Positions 27,714 through 38,384 of a stretch of 64,000 bases of DNA are shown here, one piece after another; the stretch's first letter is position 1, and each line of letters opens with the position of its first letter. The notes beneath the pieces were generated by a model. The model was not told the DNA's origin. It saw only the letters and a list, made by a program, of their open reading frames with translations, and ran no database searches. The stretch is taken from assembly GCA_017508195.1 (NCBI GenBank), contig JAFVZL010000043.1:108856-172855 (forward strand), in the 5' to 3' direction. The translations under genes were made by a program, and so were the position numbers. The DNA comes from Clostridia bacterium. GTDB lineage: Bacteria; Bacillota; Clostridia; Oscillospirales; CAG-272.

Positions 27714-30700
27714 TCACTTCAAAATGACAGAATCCGTGCCGAAAGCATCTCCAAGCTTCTTCAGCACCTTTTCACTCGGATCAAGGGTTATTCCCTTCAT
27801 TACCGAATATTTCTTCTCCCTCATATCATAGATAATCACCTGAGTTGTGCCGCGGTTGAATTGCGCGGTACGGTAAATTATCGAAATTCTTGGGTCAGCC
27901 GTTCCGTCTACCTTAATAAAAAGTCGCGGCTCGGGCTTACCTGCGGGGGCGGAAGTGTTTACCGCTCCTGCAACGCCTTCGGGCTTCCCCACGGAGGATG
28001 CGTTGACAGTACCCCCGTCCTGCATCTCGGTCTCGGCGGCAGACGGAGTTTTAACTATACCGTTCTGCCGTAACTCCTCGGCGGAGGAAAGCAGTATTCT
28101 CGGAGCATCGTCATCCTCTTGGGAGATATTTCCGATGATTATTACAGCGGCATCAACGTTCAGTATTGACGAAAGCCTTGCATAATGCTTAGCAAATACG
28201 ACAACCTCTATCTCGGCAACGCGGTCCTCCACGGTGAGGAACGCCATAGTCTCACCGTTCTTGGTGACCTTGGTCTTTTTCGCCGTGATAAGACCTGCTA
28301 TCCTTACCTCGGATTTATCGCGATATGTCGGAGTATCAGAGGAAGTCTCGGGATCCAGATCGTCAATGATTGCCGCTATACTATCCGTTCTGAATTCAGA
28401 GATATGCTCTGAGTAGCTGTCTATCAGGTGACCCGAGAAATACATTCCCGAGCTCTCCTTCTCGAGCATCAAAAGATCCTTAATACCGAATTCGGGAAGA
28501 TCGGGATAATCGTATCCCGATGCAGAGATATCGGTGCCCGTTCCCATCGCAACGGAAAACAGATCCATTTGTCCCGAAACATTATTTCTAGTCTTCTCAT
28601 GTTCAGCCTCGATGATACCCTCAAAGGTAGCAAGAAGCGCGCTTCTCGGTGTTCCGAGGGAATCAAATACTCCGCACTTTATAAGCGATTCGACCGTGCG
28701 CTTATTGAGCTCAGAGCCCGACATACGGGTGACAAAATCGTCAAAGCTCTTATAAGGGCTTGTGCCTCGGCACCTGACAAGTGCATCGGCAAACTGTCTG
28801 CCTACGTTCTTTATAGCAAGCAAGCCAAACCTGATATTACCGTCCACGACGGTAAAGTCAGCATCGCTTTCGTTGATGTCCGGAGCAAGAACGCTGACCC
28901 GGAAGTTCTTCGCATCGTCTATATATGCCTTGATATCACCGACATTACCAAGAACGCTACTCATAAGTGCGGTAAAGTACTCGGCGGGATAATGTGCCTT
29001 TAGATAAGCGGTCCTGTATGAAAGAACGCCGTACGCCGTGGCGTGGCTCTTGTTGAACGCATACTTTGCAAAGCCAACCATCTCGTCAAATATGGCGTTA
29101 GCATCTGCTTCGCTGACGCCTCGCTCTGCGCAGCCCTGAACAAATCCCTCACGTTCAGCCTGCATGGCAGAGGTCTTTTTCTTAGACATAGCGCGCCTTA
29201 CGATATCCGCATGAGCATATGAATAGCCCGCAAGGGATCGGCAGATCTGCATGACCTGCTCCTGGTAAACGATACATCCGTAGGTGACATCGAGGATATC
29301 TTTAAGAGCCTCTACTCTGTATTCTATCTTTTCCCTTCCGTGTTTTCTCGCTATGAAGCTGTCTATCGAATCCATCGGTCCGGGTCTATAAAGCGCAACG
29401 CAAGCAATAATATCCTCAAGACAACCCGGTCGGAGTCTCGTAAGTACAGCCTTCATTCCGCCCGACTCAAGCTGGAAGATACCGTCAGTCTTTGCCGAGC
29501 AAAGAAGATCGAAGGTTCTTTTATCGTCAAACGGAACGCGCGTAATGTCAAAGTCAGGGTGTGTTTTTCTTACCGCAAGCTCGGTGTCGTGTATCACAGT
29601 AAGATATCTCAGACCGAGGAAATCAAACTTGACAAGTCCGAGAGCAGCATCGGTATTCATATCGAACTGGGTGACAACTCCCGTTCCGCTATAAGAAAGC
29701 GGCACATATTCATAGGTCGGTCTCTCCGTTATAACGACTCCCGCAGCATGAGTAGATGCGTGTCTCGGCATCCCCTCGACCTTGCGGCTCATATCTATAA
29801 GCCTTCGCGCATCGTTATCCGATATATACAATCTGTGAAGATCTTTGTTTTCAAGTGCCTGATCAAGTGAGGCCGCATCCCGAGGTATGAGCTTCGCAAT
29901 AGTATCGACCGCTCCGTACGGCATACCGAGTGCGCGACCTACGTCTCTGACTGCCGCTCTCGGCGCAAGTGTACCAAAGGTTACTATCTGTGCAACCTTG
30001 TCCTCACCGTATTTTTTCTTAACGTACTCTATGACCTCCTCACGCCTGTTGTAACAGAAATCGATATCAAAATCCGGCATCGAAACACGCTCGGAGTTCA
30101 GGAATCTCTCGAAAAGAAGATCGTGAGACATCGGGTCAACGTCTGTGATCCCCACACAAAACGCAACAAGGCTTCCCGCGCCCGAGCCTCTGCCGGGTCC
30201 TACGGGTATACCCGATCGCTTCGCGTAAGACACGAAGTCGCTGACAATAAGGAAGTAGGCGTTAAAGCCCATTTTATCTATAACCGAAAGCTCGTATTCG
30301 AGCCTTGCAGTGTAATCCTCTAAGCTGTTCTTCTCAAAATTAAATCTACCTGCCTCGGAGCGCGCACGGAAGCCCATAAGAGCATCTGCTCTGAGCTTGT
30401 CCTTATGAGAAAGACCTCCCTCCGCCTTGAAATCAGGAAGATGGAGTTTATTAAATTCGAAATCAAAGCTGCACTTCTCCGCTATCCTTACGGTATTCTC
30501 GACCGCGCCCTCAAAGCCTCGGAAGAGCATTTCCATCTCCTCGGTGCTCTTGAAGTAAAATTCATCGGTCTCAAATCCAAGAGGTCTGCCCTCGGTGATA
30601 ACAGTATTCATCTGAACGCACATAAGCGTTGCCTGAACCTCGGCATCACTCTTTTCGAGATAATGCACGTCGTTTGTCGCGACCATCGGTATACCGAGCT

Positions 30701-31280
30701 CTGCACTGATAAGCTTGATTCCGTAAGCTACTCTGCGTTCTTCATCGGTATTATGATTCTGAACCTCGAGATAAAAATCTTCGCCGAAAAGCTCACGCAT
30801 CTCGATGGCAGAGTTCTTTGCCTCGGGCATGCTGCCCGCTATTATGAGCTGAGGTATCTTACCCGCAACGCATCCCGAGAGCGCAATAAGTCCCTCGTGG
30901 TGAGAGCGAAGAAGCTCCATATCGATTCTCGGCTTGGAATAGAAGCCGTTGACGAAGCTCTCGGACACCATATAACAAAGATTCTTATATCCCGTTTCAT
31001 TTTTGCATAGCAAAATGAGGTGGTTTCCTACGTCGCCCTTTCCCTCCTTCAGGTGTCTTGACCTCGGTGCAACATATACCTCGCATCCGATGATAGGCTT
31101 GACACCCTTTGCTTTCAGGGCATTATAAAACTCGACGGCTCCGTACATTACGCCGTGATCTGTTATTGCAACGGCCGTCTGACCGCATTCTATTGCCTTA
31201 TCGGCGATAGAGCTTATCCTCGTTGCGCCGTCAAGCAAGCTATATTCGGTATGAAGATGCAGATGCACGAATCCCGTCAT
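27714..31280 (-). CDS. dnaE: DNA polymerase III alpha subunit (DnaE type)
   Basis: 1188 aa. PHP N-terminus FVHLHLHTEYSLLDG, polymerase core (MPDFDIDF), and an OB-fold near the C-terminus. Confidence 0.95.
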   Translation of the reverse strand: MTGFVHLHLHTEYSLLDGATRISSIADKAIECGQTAVAITDHGVMYGAVEFYNALKAKGVKPIIGCEVYVAPRSRHLKEGKGDVGNHLILLCKNETGYKNLCYMVSESFVNGFYSKPRIDMELLRSHHEGLIALSGCVAGKIPQLIIAGSMPEAKNSAIEMRELFGEDFYLEVQNHNTDEERRVAYGIKLISAELGIPMVATNDVHYLEKSDAEVQATLMCVQMNTVITEGRPLGFETDEFYFKSTEEMEMLFRGFEGAVENTVRIAEKCSFDFEFNKLHLPDFKAEGGLSHKDKLRADALMGFRARSEAGRFNFEKNSLEDYTARLEYELSVIDKMGFNAYFLIVSDFVSYAKRSGIPVGPGRGSGAGSLVAFCVGITDVDPMSHDLLFERFLNSERVSMPDFDIDFCYNRREEVIEYVKKKYGEDKVAQIVTFGTLAPRAAVRDVGRALGMPYGAVDTIAKLIPRDAASLDQALENKDLHRLYISDNDARRLIDMSRKVEGMPRHASTHAAGVVITERPTYEYVPLSYSGTGVVTQFDMNTDAALGLVKFDFLGLRYLTVIHDTELAVRKTHPDFDITRVPFDDKRTFDLLCSAKTDGIFQLESGGMKAVLTRLRPGCLEDIIACVALYRPGPMDSIDSFIARKHGREKIEYRVEALKDILDVTYGCIVYQEQVMQICRSLAGYSYAHADIVRRAMSKKKTSAMQAEREGFVQGCAERGVSEADANAIFDEMVGFAKYAFNKSHATAYGVLSYRTAYLKAHYPAEYFTALMSSVLGNVGDIKAYIDDAKNFRVSVLAPDINESDADFTVVDGNIRFGLLAIKNVGRQFADALVRCRGTSPYKSFDDFVTRMSGSELNKRTVESLIKCGVFDSLGTPRSALLATFEGIIEAEHEKTRNNVSGQMDLFSVAMGTGTDISASGYDYPDLPEFGIKDLLMLEKESSGMYFSGHLIDSYSEHISEFRTDSIAAIIDDLDPETSSDTPTYRDKSEVRIAGLITAKKTKVTKNGETMAFLTVEDRVAEIEVVVFAKHYARLSSILNVDAAVIIIGNISQEDDDAPRILLSSAEELRQNGIVKTPSAAETEMQDGGTVNASSVGKPEGVAGAVNTSAPAGKPEPRLFIKVDGTADPRISIIYRTAQFNRGTTQVIIYDMREKKYSVMKGITLDPSEKVLKKLGDAFGTDSVILK

Positions 31281-31293
31281 AGTCTTTTCCTTT

Positions 31294-32184
31294 CTAAGTC
31301 TTTTTCTTAGCCTTACCCAAAAGCTCGGTTCCTATCTCGGCTATTCTCTTCAATCTGTGCGAGAGTCCCGGCTTGCTGATGTATGGCGTTATAAGTGCTG
31401 CCAGCTGAGAGAGCGAAAGATCACTGTGCTCAACACGCAGAAGCGCAGTCTTGCGAAGCTCATCGGGGAGCATTGAAATGAGTCCCGTTTCGATAAGCTC
31501 GTTTATAACCGCGATATGTCCGACAGACGCGGACACCGCCTTGTTTATATTGTTCGTCTCGCAGTTTGCAACCCTGTTAACGTTGTTGCGGATCTCACCC
31601 TGAATTTTTGCATTCATAAGTGCGAAGGTCGCGTTATTCATGCCTGCAAGAGCAAAGAAATCCTCTATTGAGGAGCTGTTTTTAAAGTAAATTACCGTTT
31701 CCTTAGGTTTCTTAGACACCTTAGGTAACAGTCCGAGGTCCTCGAACATTCCGAGAAACCTTTCGGTTTTATCCTTGAGTGAAAACTCCAGAAGATATTG
31801 CTTTGTCGGGTCGGTCACGCGCCCTGATGCAAGAAATACACCGCGAAGATATGACGAGTGGCACATCTGACACTTTTCACTGAATGCCTCACCGCCCGAA
31901 AGAAACTCAGACAGATGCTCCGCCGCAGTTTTCGACCGAAAGCTGATGAGATAGCCGCGTCCGCCCCCGGGAAGCGTTGATACTTCGCCATCCTTACCGT
32001 AGATATCGTGAACTATTCCCGATACGTAATCGGCAGTAATCCTCGAATCAACGACCGCACTGACAGTATCCCCGTCAGATCTGCCGCGAGAGGTGATAAC
32101 GCCAAAGAGCAGCGCGCGCTTACAGCATTTATTCTTTATCGGCTGAGCAATAATATCCATCTTTTGCTCGGTTGCAAATGACAC
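31294..32184 (-). CDS. whiA: DNA-binding protein WhiA
   Basis: 296 aa. LAGLIDADG-like degenerate N-domains with a C-terminal HTH (LSLSQLAALITPYISKPGLSHRLKRI). Confidence 0.9.
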   Translation of the reverse strand: MSFATEQKMDIIAQPIKNKCCKRALLFGVITSRGRSDGDTVSAVVDSRITADYVSGIVHDIYGKDGEVSTLPGGGRGYLISFRSKTAAEHLSEFLSGGEAFSEKCQMCHSSYLRGVFLASGRVTDPTKQYLLEFSLKDKTERFLGMFEDLGLLPKVSKKPKETVIYFKNSSSIEDFFALAGMNNATFALMNAKIQGEIRNNVNRVANCETNNINKAVSASVGHIAVINELIETGLISMLPDELRKTALLRVEHSDLSLSQLAALITPYISKPGLSHRLKRIAEIGTELLGKAKKKT

Positions 32185-32195
32185 CGCGCCACCTC

Positions 32196-33113
32196 CTACT
32201 CTATAATCTCTATCTCCCTTTCAAGGTTGACTCCGAATCTTTCGTACACACGATCCTCAACCATTCTGACAAGCTGAAGAACATCAGCGCCCGTAGCACC
32301 GCCGCGGTTGACGATAAAGCCCGCGTGCTTCGTTGAAACGGTGGCAGCCCCGACTGAAAGTCCCTTCAGCCCCGCTTTGTCTATAAAATACCCCGCACCG
32401 ACTCCCGATACGCGTTTGAATACCGAGCCGAGAGAAAATTCTCCCGTCGGCTGGGTACTTTTTCGTAAATCAAGAAAGTATTTCCTTGCCGAGAGGCTGA
32501 ATGTCGTATTGGTCCTCGGCAGCTCGAAAAGTGCGGAAAGAATAATGTCTGTACTCTTCTTGATCGCTGAGGTACGATAATCAAATTCCAACTCATCGCG
32601 GCTGAGAAATCTTTTGGCTCCATCCTTTGGAGAAAGCACCAGCGCACCTGCGACTATATCAGCAACCGATGCTCCGTGTGCGCCCGCATTTCCGCGGATC
32701 GCACCGCCTACCGTACCCGGTATCAGAGAAAGCTGCTCGTATCCGCCATATCCGCATTGCCTCGCAAACCGAAATAAGGAAGAAAGCGAGGTGCCACACT
32801 CGGCATATATATATCCCCCCTCACGCCGAAGCGAGGATAAGCTCTTGGTCGATACTGCTACACCGTCATAAAGATATCCCACGGAGCTATCGGTACCAAC
32901 AAAAAGAGTGTTAGTCATGCCGCCCACTATAACGTAGCGCGCACCCATATATTCTAAATAAGTCATAATCTCCGACAGCTCAACGAGAGTCTTCGGAGCG
33001 ACGAAAAGTCTTACGGAGCACCCTGCTCTGATCGAGCTCTGCCCCGAAATATCATAGAATTCCGTGAATTTACATTCCTTTTGCTTTAGCCATTCCGAAA
33101 TTCTCCGATACAT
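32196..33113 (-). CDS. murB: UDP-N-acetylenolpyruvoylglucosamine reductase
   Basis: 305 aa. FAD-binding domain (VGGMTNTL, IPGTVGGAIRGNAGAHG) and a MurB C-domain (GSVFKR). Confidence 0.92.
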   Translation of the reverse strand: MYRRISEWLKQKECKFTEFYDISGQSSIRAGCSVRLFVAPKTLVELSEIMTYLEYMGARYVIVGGMTNTLFVGTDSSVGYLYDGVAVSTKSLSSLRREGGYIYAECGTSLSSLFRFARQCGYGGYEQLSLIPGTVGGAIRGNAGAHGASVADIVAGALVLSPKDGAKRFLSRDELEFDYRTSAIKKSTDIILSALFELPRTNTTFSLSARKYFLDLRKSTQPTGEFSLGSVFKRVSGVGAGYFIDKAGLKGLSVGAATVSTKHAGFIVNRGGATGADVLQLVRMVEDRVYERFGVNLEREIEIIE

Positions 33114-33126
33114 ATATCTCCTGTAT

Positions 33127-34824
33127 TCATCCGATATAGCCCGAGCGCTCGTTAAGCATATCGAGCGCGGCGCGGCGCTGTGAATCGGTGATATTTATAC
33201 CTCCGAGTATCCTCGAAAGCTCGGCAACTCTGCCATCGAAGTCAAGCTTCTCAACGTGCGTTTCGGTAGCTCCGTCAACTTCTGACTTGCTGATCAGATA
33301 GTGTGTATCTGCAAGAGAGGCAATCTGAGCACTGTGCGTTACGCAGAAGAGCTGCGTGTTCCTTGCGAGCTCTAGCATTTTAATTCCGATCTTGCGCGCA
33401 GTCTTACCCGACACTCCTGCATCGATCTCGTCGAAGATAACGGTAGAAACACCGTCCTTATCGGTGATAACTCCCTTAAGCGCGAGCATAACTCTTGCGA
33501 GCTCACCGCCCGAGGCTATCTTGGATATCGGCTGAGGATCTGCACCAAGGTTCGCGCTGATGTAAAACTCTAGCGTATCAGACCCGTTTTTGTTAAGCAC
33601 CTTATCCTCACCGTCATAGGTTTCGGTTATGTTGGCAAAGAATACAACCTTCGGCATATCGAGAAATTCAAGCGTTTCTCTCACTCTCGCTTCAAGCTCC
33701 TTAGCAGAGCTTACCCTTCTCTCATGAAGCTTATCTGCTACCATGAGTGCAGATTTATAAGCCTCGCGCTCACCCTTTCCGAGCTTTTTCAGTAGATCCT
33801 CGCAGTTTTCGAGCGTGTCAAGCTCCTCGGCACATTTGCCGCGGAACTCGAGTATATCCTTTACGGTAAGACCGTACTTCCTCTTAAGCTTATTAATTTT
33901 ATCAAGTCTGCTCTCTATGAGATTCAGTGCCTCGGTGGGATCGGAATCCAGCCCGTCAAGCACCGAATATACCTCCTCTGAAATATCCTCCACCTGATAA
34001 AGCATATCGCGCAGTCTTTCGGCATATTCCGAAAACTCGGGAAGAAAGCCCGCTATCGACTGCGTTGCGGTGATGCTCCTGTCGAGAAGGTAGGCTACGC
34101 TTCCCTTTTCGCTGCCGCGGAGTGCCTTATATATAAACTCGGCATTTTTTGTCAGCTTCTCACTGTTGCGCAGCTTAACCTTCTTTTCTACAAGCTCCTC
34201 CTCTTCACCGTCGTGAAGTCCTGCCGAGTCAATATCCCGTATCTGATACTCAAGTATTTCCTTGAGCCTTTCGCTCTCTGCCGAGCGCTCCTTTATTTCC
34301 CGAATTCTGTGTCTTATCTCCTCTAGTTGGGAGAATGCGTGGGAATACTCTGAAAGAAGCCCGGTATTCATAGCATATGTATCTACGATACCTATATGTG
34401 ATTCCGGATCCTCAAGTGCGCTGGTATCGCTCTGTCCGTGAATATTCACAAGGGTATATGTGATATTCCTTAGTACTGCAAGGGTGACCGATCTTCCGTT
34501 AAGCTTCAGCTGAGACCTTCCGTCGGTGCTCAGTACCCTGCGTATCATCAGTGCACCGTCCTCATCGGTAGGAATTCCCGCCTCGCCAAGCGCCTTGGCA
34601 GTAGTATCGGTAATATTATCAAATACGCCCTCTATTACAGCCTGTGACTCTCCGTGCCTTATAAGCTCCTTATCAGCCTTAGCACCGAGAAGAAGCTCAA
34701 TACAGTCGAGTATTACGGATTTACCGGCACCGGTCTGACCCGAGAGCACGGTGAAGCCGTCTTTAAAGTCTATGTCAAGCCGCCTTATAACTGCAACGTT
34801 CTCAATGTGCAATGAACTGAGCAT
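33127..34824 (-). CDS. recN: DNA repair protein RecN
   Basis: 565 aa. SMC-like ATPase head (LSGQTGAGKSVILD), long coiled coil, and signature/Walker B (SGGELARVMLAL; VIFDEIDAGVSG). Confidence 0.95.
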   Translation of the reverse strand: MLSSLHIENVAVIRRLDIDFKDGFTVLSGQTGAGKSVILDCIELLLGAKADKELIRHGESQAVIEGVFDNITDTTAKALGEAGIPTDEDGALMIRRVLSTDGRSQLKLNGRSVTLAVLRNITYTLVNIHGQSDTSALEDPESHIGIVDTYAMNTGLLSEYSHAFSQLEEIRHRIREIKERSAESERLKEILEYQIRDIDSAGLHDGEEEELVEKKVKLRNSEKLTKNAEFIYKALRGSEKGSVAYLLDRSITATQSIAGFLPEFSEYAERLRDMLYQVEDISEEVYSVLDGLDSDPTEALNLIESRLDKINKLKRKYGLTVKDILEFRGKCAEELDTLENCEDLLKKLGKGEREAYKSALMVADKLHERRVSSAKELEARVRETLEFLDMPKVVFFANITETYDGEDKVLNKNGSDTLEFYISANLGADPQPISKIASGGELARVMLALKGVITDKDGVSTVIFDEIDAGVSGKTARKIGIKMLELARNTQLFCVTHSAQIASLADTHYLISKSEVDGATETHVEKLDFDGRVAELSRILGGINITDSQRRAALDMLNERSGYIG

Positions 34825-34853
34825 GGCTTACCTCGTTTCCTAACAAATAGTGC

Positions 34854-35306
34854 TTATTGCTCAAATACCGCCTTGAGCTTGCGCTCGCACGCGCTCGCGC
34901 AATTATTATCGTGCATTACGAGAAGGATGGTATCGTCCCCCGCAACAGAGCCGACAATCTCACCGACGTCAAGGCTGTCAAGGCAAACCGCAATAGCGTT
35001 TGCCATACCGGCAAGCGTCTTTACAACGACTATATTCTGTGCCGCCTCGATCTTTACTACGGAATCTGTAAGGGCGGAGTTGTGTGCCGGAGTTGCAACC
35101 TCTCTTTTATCCTTGGGGGCTGCGTACTTATAGAGTCCTCTGCCCGTCGGTGTTTTTACAAGCCTTAACTGTCTTATATCTCTCGATATGGTAGTCTGAG
35201 TAGACTCGAATCCGAACTCAGCAAGCTTACTGATCAACGCCTCCTGCGTGCTGATCTCGAATCTCTCGATTATTTCGAGAATTTTTTCCTGTCTTGCGCT
35301 TTTCAT
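34854..35306 (-). CDS. argR: Arginine repressor
   Basis: 150 aa from ATG at 35306 (MKSARQEKILEII...TQTTISRDIRQLRLVK...GTVAGDDTILL). The start overlaps the nadK stop (TAATG). Confidence 0.9.
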   Translation of the reverse strand: MKSARQEKILEIIERFEISTQEALISKLAEFGFESTQTTISRDIRQLRLVKTPTGRGLYKYAAPKDKREVATPAHNSALTDSVVKIEAAQNIVVVKTLAGMANAIAVCLDSLDVGEIVGSVAGDDTILLVMHDNNCASACERKLKAVFEQ

Positions 35307-36148
35307 TATTTCAATCCCTCCGTAACACTCATTTTTTTGAATAGCTCCTCGAACATCTTGTTCTCGGAAAACGTAAGAGTCTTCAGACGGCAATCTGCAC
35401 GTCTGATATAACAAGCCTCATTTGGCAAAAGCTCGGTGTATTTTCGCCCGTCAACTGCAATGTTCATCGGATGCTCACCCGTATTTCTCACCGTGAGCAC
35501 CTCACCCGAGTTAAAGAGAACCGATCGGTTAAAGAACGAGTGCGGACAGACCGGGGTAACCAGTATTCCCTCAACGTCATGTGCAAGCACCGGACCGCCA
35601 GAGGAAAATGAATAGGCAGTCGAGCCCTGAGGTGTCGCGAATATAACGCCATCCGCACGGTAGCCGAGCGAATTTCCGAGTGCATCCTCAAGCCTGAAGC
35701 TGGATATACCAAGATACTCTCCGTGCGAAACGATGACATCGTTCACGGCGTATGCCTCGTGCGACCACGAGGGCGAGGTGCTGACTGAGAGAAGCATCTT
35801 TTCCTTTACTGAATACTCACCGAAGGAAAGCCTTTTAAATACCGAAAGATCATCGGGGTCTACCTCGCTCAGGTATCCGACCCTGCCCATATTGACACCG
35901 ATAAGCGGTATATCATGCTCCACCGCGAGTCCTGATGCATCTATGACAGATCCGTCTCCGCCCACGACAATAATAAGCTCGCAGAACTCGGGAAAAACCG
36001 AATATCCGACTGCTCTTCGACAAAATGCGGCATATTCTTCTTTAATGTAAACGTTCATCCCGATACCGACAAGTAATTCCGAAAGCTTTGCCGTTACCGA
36101 AAGCTCCTTATCCTTCTTGGCATTCGGGACAATAACAATATTCTTCAT
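35306..36148 (-). CDS. nadK: NAD(+) kinase
   Basis: GGDGS motif (IIVVGGDGSVIDAS). ATG at 36148 is preceded by a GAGGAG RBS that overlaps the tlyA stop. Confidence 0.9.
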   Translation of the reverse strand: MKNIVIVPNAKKDKELSVTAKLSELLVGIGMNVYIKEEYAAFCRRAVGYSVFPEFCELIIVVGGDGSVIDASGLAVEHDIPLIGVNMGRVGYLSEVDPDDLSVFKRLSFGEYSVKEKMLLSVSTSPSWSHEAYAVNDVIVSHGEYLGISSFRLEDALGNSLGYRADGVIFATPQGSTAYSFSSGGPVLAHDVEGILVTPVCPHSFFNRSVLFNSGEVLTVRNTGEHPMNIAVDGRKYTELLPNEACYIRRADCRLKTLTFSENKMFEELFKKMSVTEGLK

Positions 36149-36156
36149 ATTTCTCC

Positions 36157-36894
36157 TCAATCTCTGCCGCGGAATACCATGTAGCAAAGATATTCGGTAT
36201 TTCCGTCACCGCCCTTTATGGGAGATTCGGTAACACCGACAACTTCAAATCCGTATGCCTCCGCACACGCGGTCACTCTTTCCTTGGCATCGGCTCTTGC
36301 CGACTCGCTTTTGACTATGCCGCCCTTGCCGACTCGATCTCTGCCGACCTCGAACTGCGGCTTGATAAGAAGAACGTATTCTGCGCCGTTATCAATGCAA
36401 CCAGAGAGCGCAGGAATTATGTACGTCGCAGATATGAATGATACGTCCATAACGCAAAGCTCCGGAATGTACTCGAGATCCTCTCTTGAAAGATATCTTG
36501 CGTTATAGTTTTCTATGGTGCTGACCCTTTCATCACGTCTCAGCCTCTCGACAAGCTGCCCCGAGCCCGAATCAAGAGAGATAACGTGTATAGCGCCTCT
36601 TTGCAAAAGGCAGTCGGTAAAGCCCCCGCTCGACGCCCCGATATCCAGACAACGCTTTCCCTCAACGCTGATTCCGAAATGATCGAGAGCATGATCGAGC
36701 TTAAGCCCGCCTCTGCCCACAAACGCCTTATCCGCCTTAAGAATGGTTATTCTGTCGGTCATACCGTCTACGTCAAGCGACGGCTTAATCACGGGCTTAC
36801 CGTCAAGAAGGACAAGCCCCTCGGAGATAAGTCTCTTAGCCTCACTCCTGCTCGAGGAAAGCTCCGATTCAGACATATATACATCAATCCGCAT
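36157..36894 (-). CDS. tlyA: TlyA-family rRNA 2'-O-methyltransferase (S4 + FtsJ domains)
   Basis: 245 aa. S4-like N-terminus (RIDVYM...SRSEAKRLISEGLVLLDGK) and SAM motif DIGASSGGFTD. Confidence 0.88.
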   Translation of the reverse strand: MRIDVYMSESELSSSRSEAKRLISEGLVLLDGKPVIKPSLDVDGMTDRITILKADKAFVGRGGLKLDHALDHFGISVEGKRCLDIGASSGGFTDCLLQRGAIHVISLDSGSGQLVERLRRDERVSTIENYNARYLSREDLEYIPELCVMDVSFISATYIIPALSGCIDNGAEYVLLIKPQFEVGRDRVGKGGIVKSESARADAKERVTACAEAYGFEVVGVTESPIKGGDGNTEYLCYMVFRGRD

Positions 36895-37120
36895 TTTTGG
36901 TTATAAAATCCGTAGCAGTTATCTCACCGCTCTCGTTCTCGGTAAGCATCTTCACCTTTGCCTCAACAGCTGAGAGTCTTTCATTACAAAGCTTTACAAG
37001 CTTTACTGCTCGCTCATATGCAGCGATGGACTCATCGAGCGTGAGCGTACCCGACTCAAGTGCATCGGTTATTTCCTCGAGTGCCGTCATGGCTTCCTCG
37101 AATTTCATTTCCTTATCCAT
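36884..37120 (-). CDS. xseB: Exodeoxyribonuclease VII small subunit
   Basis: 78 aa. FEEAMTALEEITDALESGTLTLDESIAAYERAVKL is the typical XseB helical hairpin. It overlaps the tlyA start by 11 nt. Confidence 0.9.
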   Translation of the reverse strand: MDKEMKFEEAMTALEEITDALESGTLTLDESIAAYERAVKLVKLCNERLSAVEAKVKMLTENESGEITATDFITKNAD

Positions 37121-37133
37121 AATAGCCTCCGGA

Positions 37134-38384
37134 TTATCGTTTATTTACTTCTGTAACGGACGCAGTCACTTCACCCCGAGCCAGAGATATCCTTACGGTG
37201 TCTCCCGCATTAACGCTCTCGGAGTCGGTTATCGCCTTACCGTCTTTATACATGACGGCATATCCGCGTCTGAGGACTGCAAGAGGATTAAGTGCCTCGA
37301 GTCTGCCGAGCCGCGCAGTAAAATCAAGCCTCCGCTCTTTAATATAGCGAGAAAACGTGCTCGAAAGCTCCTCTTTCACCTCGCTCACCCTTTCACGGTA
37401 TGGAACGAGTATACAAGCGGGGTCGCGATATACCACCGAGGAAGATATATCCGAAAGCCTCTCTCGTTTACGCTCAACAGAGCGCAGGAGTGCCGATTCG
37501 CACCTGTCAAGAGCCGTGAGAATACGCATCCCCACCTCACGCATATCGGGAACGGCAAGCTCTGCCGCGGCAGACGGTGTCGGAGCTCTGAGGTCCGAAA
37601 CAAAATCTGCAATAGTAAAATCGGTTTCGTGACCGACTGCGGAAATAACGGGTATTCGCATAGAGAATATCCGCCTGGCTAGTCGCTCACCGTTGAATGC
37701 CCAAAGGTCCTCGATCGAGCCGCCTCCTCTGCCGATGATAACGGTATCGACCCCGCACGAACTGTCGAAGTAATCCAGAGCACGGATAAGACTCTCCTCT
37801 GCTCCATCGCCCTGAACAAGTGCGGGATAGAGATATATCTCTACTGACGGAGCGCGCCTTGTCATAACATTTATTATATCCCGTACCGCAGCACCTGTCG
37901 GAGATGTTATTACACCTACTCTTCTCGGATAGCGCGGTATCGGCAATTTGTATTCCTCACGGAAAAGCCCCTCAGCCTCGAGCCGTGCCTTCATCTGCTC
38001 ATAGGCAAGATATAACGCACCTATGCCGTCAGGCTGCATCGATCCGATGTAAAGCTGATAAGAGCCGTCCTTCTGATAGACGGTGACTGAGCCCGTAGCA
38101 ATAACTCTCATGCCGTTCTCGGGTCTGAAGCGAAGCTGTCTTGCACTCGACTGGAACATGACCGCTCTTATCTGTCCACCCTCATCCTTCAAGGAGAGAT
38201 AGAGATGCCCCGATGAATGAGCCTTGAAGTTCGATATCTCCCCCTTGACACTAACGCGCGTGAGAAGTCTGTCAGAGTCGAAAATCCCTTTGATATATCC
38301 GTTAAGCTCGGAAACGGAAAATGTTTCCGACATGGGTCTGTCACGAAAAGCAGAAATATCCACCGTTTCCTCCTTCCGGATCAT
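37134..38384 (-). CDS. xseA: Exodeoxyribonuclease VII large subunit
   Basis: 416 aa with an OB-fold N-terminus (FSVSELNGYIKG...VKGEISNFK.HSSGHLYLSLKD). ATG at 38384 overlaps the upstream stop (TAATG). An internal GTG at 38363, after AAGGAGG, is an alternative start. Confidence 0.9.
   Translation of the reverse strand: MIRKEETVDISAFRDRPMSETFSVSELNGYIKGIFDSDRLLTRVSVKGEISNFKAHSSGHLYLSLKDEGGQIRAVMFQSSARQLRFRPENGMRVIATGSVTVYQKDGSYQLYIGSMQPDGIGALYLAYEQMKARLEAEGLFREEYKLPIPRYPRRVGVITSPTGAAVRDIINVMTRRAPSVEIYLYPALVQGDGAEESLIRALDYFDSSCGVDTVIIGRGGGSIEDLWAFNGERLARRIFSMRIPVISAVGHETDFTIADFVSDLRAPTPSAAAELAVPDMREVGMRILTALDRCESALLRSVERKRERLSDISSSVVYRDPACILVPYRERVSEVKEELSSTFSRYIKERRLDFTARLGRLEALNPLAVLRRGYAVMYKDGKAITDSESVNAGDTVRISLARGEVTASVTEVNKR

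Noticed and set aside
36884-36894. Expected position of OLE RNA / oapA / ispA / dxs in the conserved nusB-xseAB-tlyA-nadK-recN neighbourhood of anaerobic Firmicutes
   Set aside because: xseB and tlyA overlap by 11 nt, so there is no room for an RNA gene here. OLE is not at this locus, and the island at 57-59 kb shows no feature I can tie to OLE.
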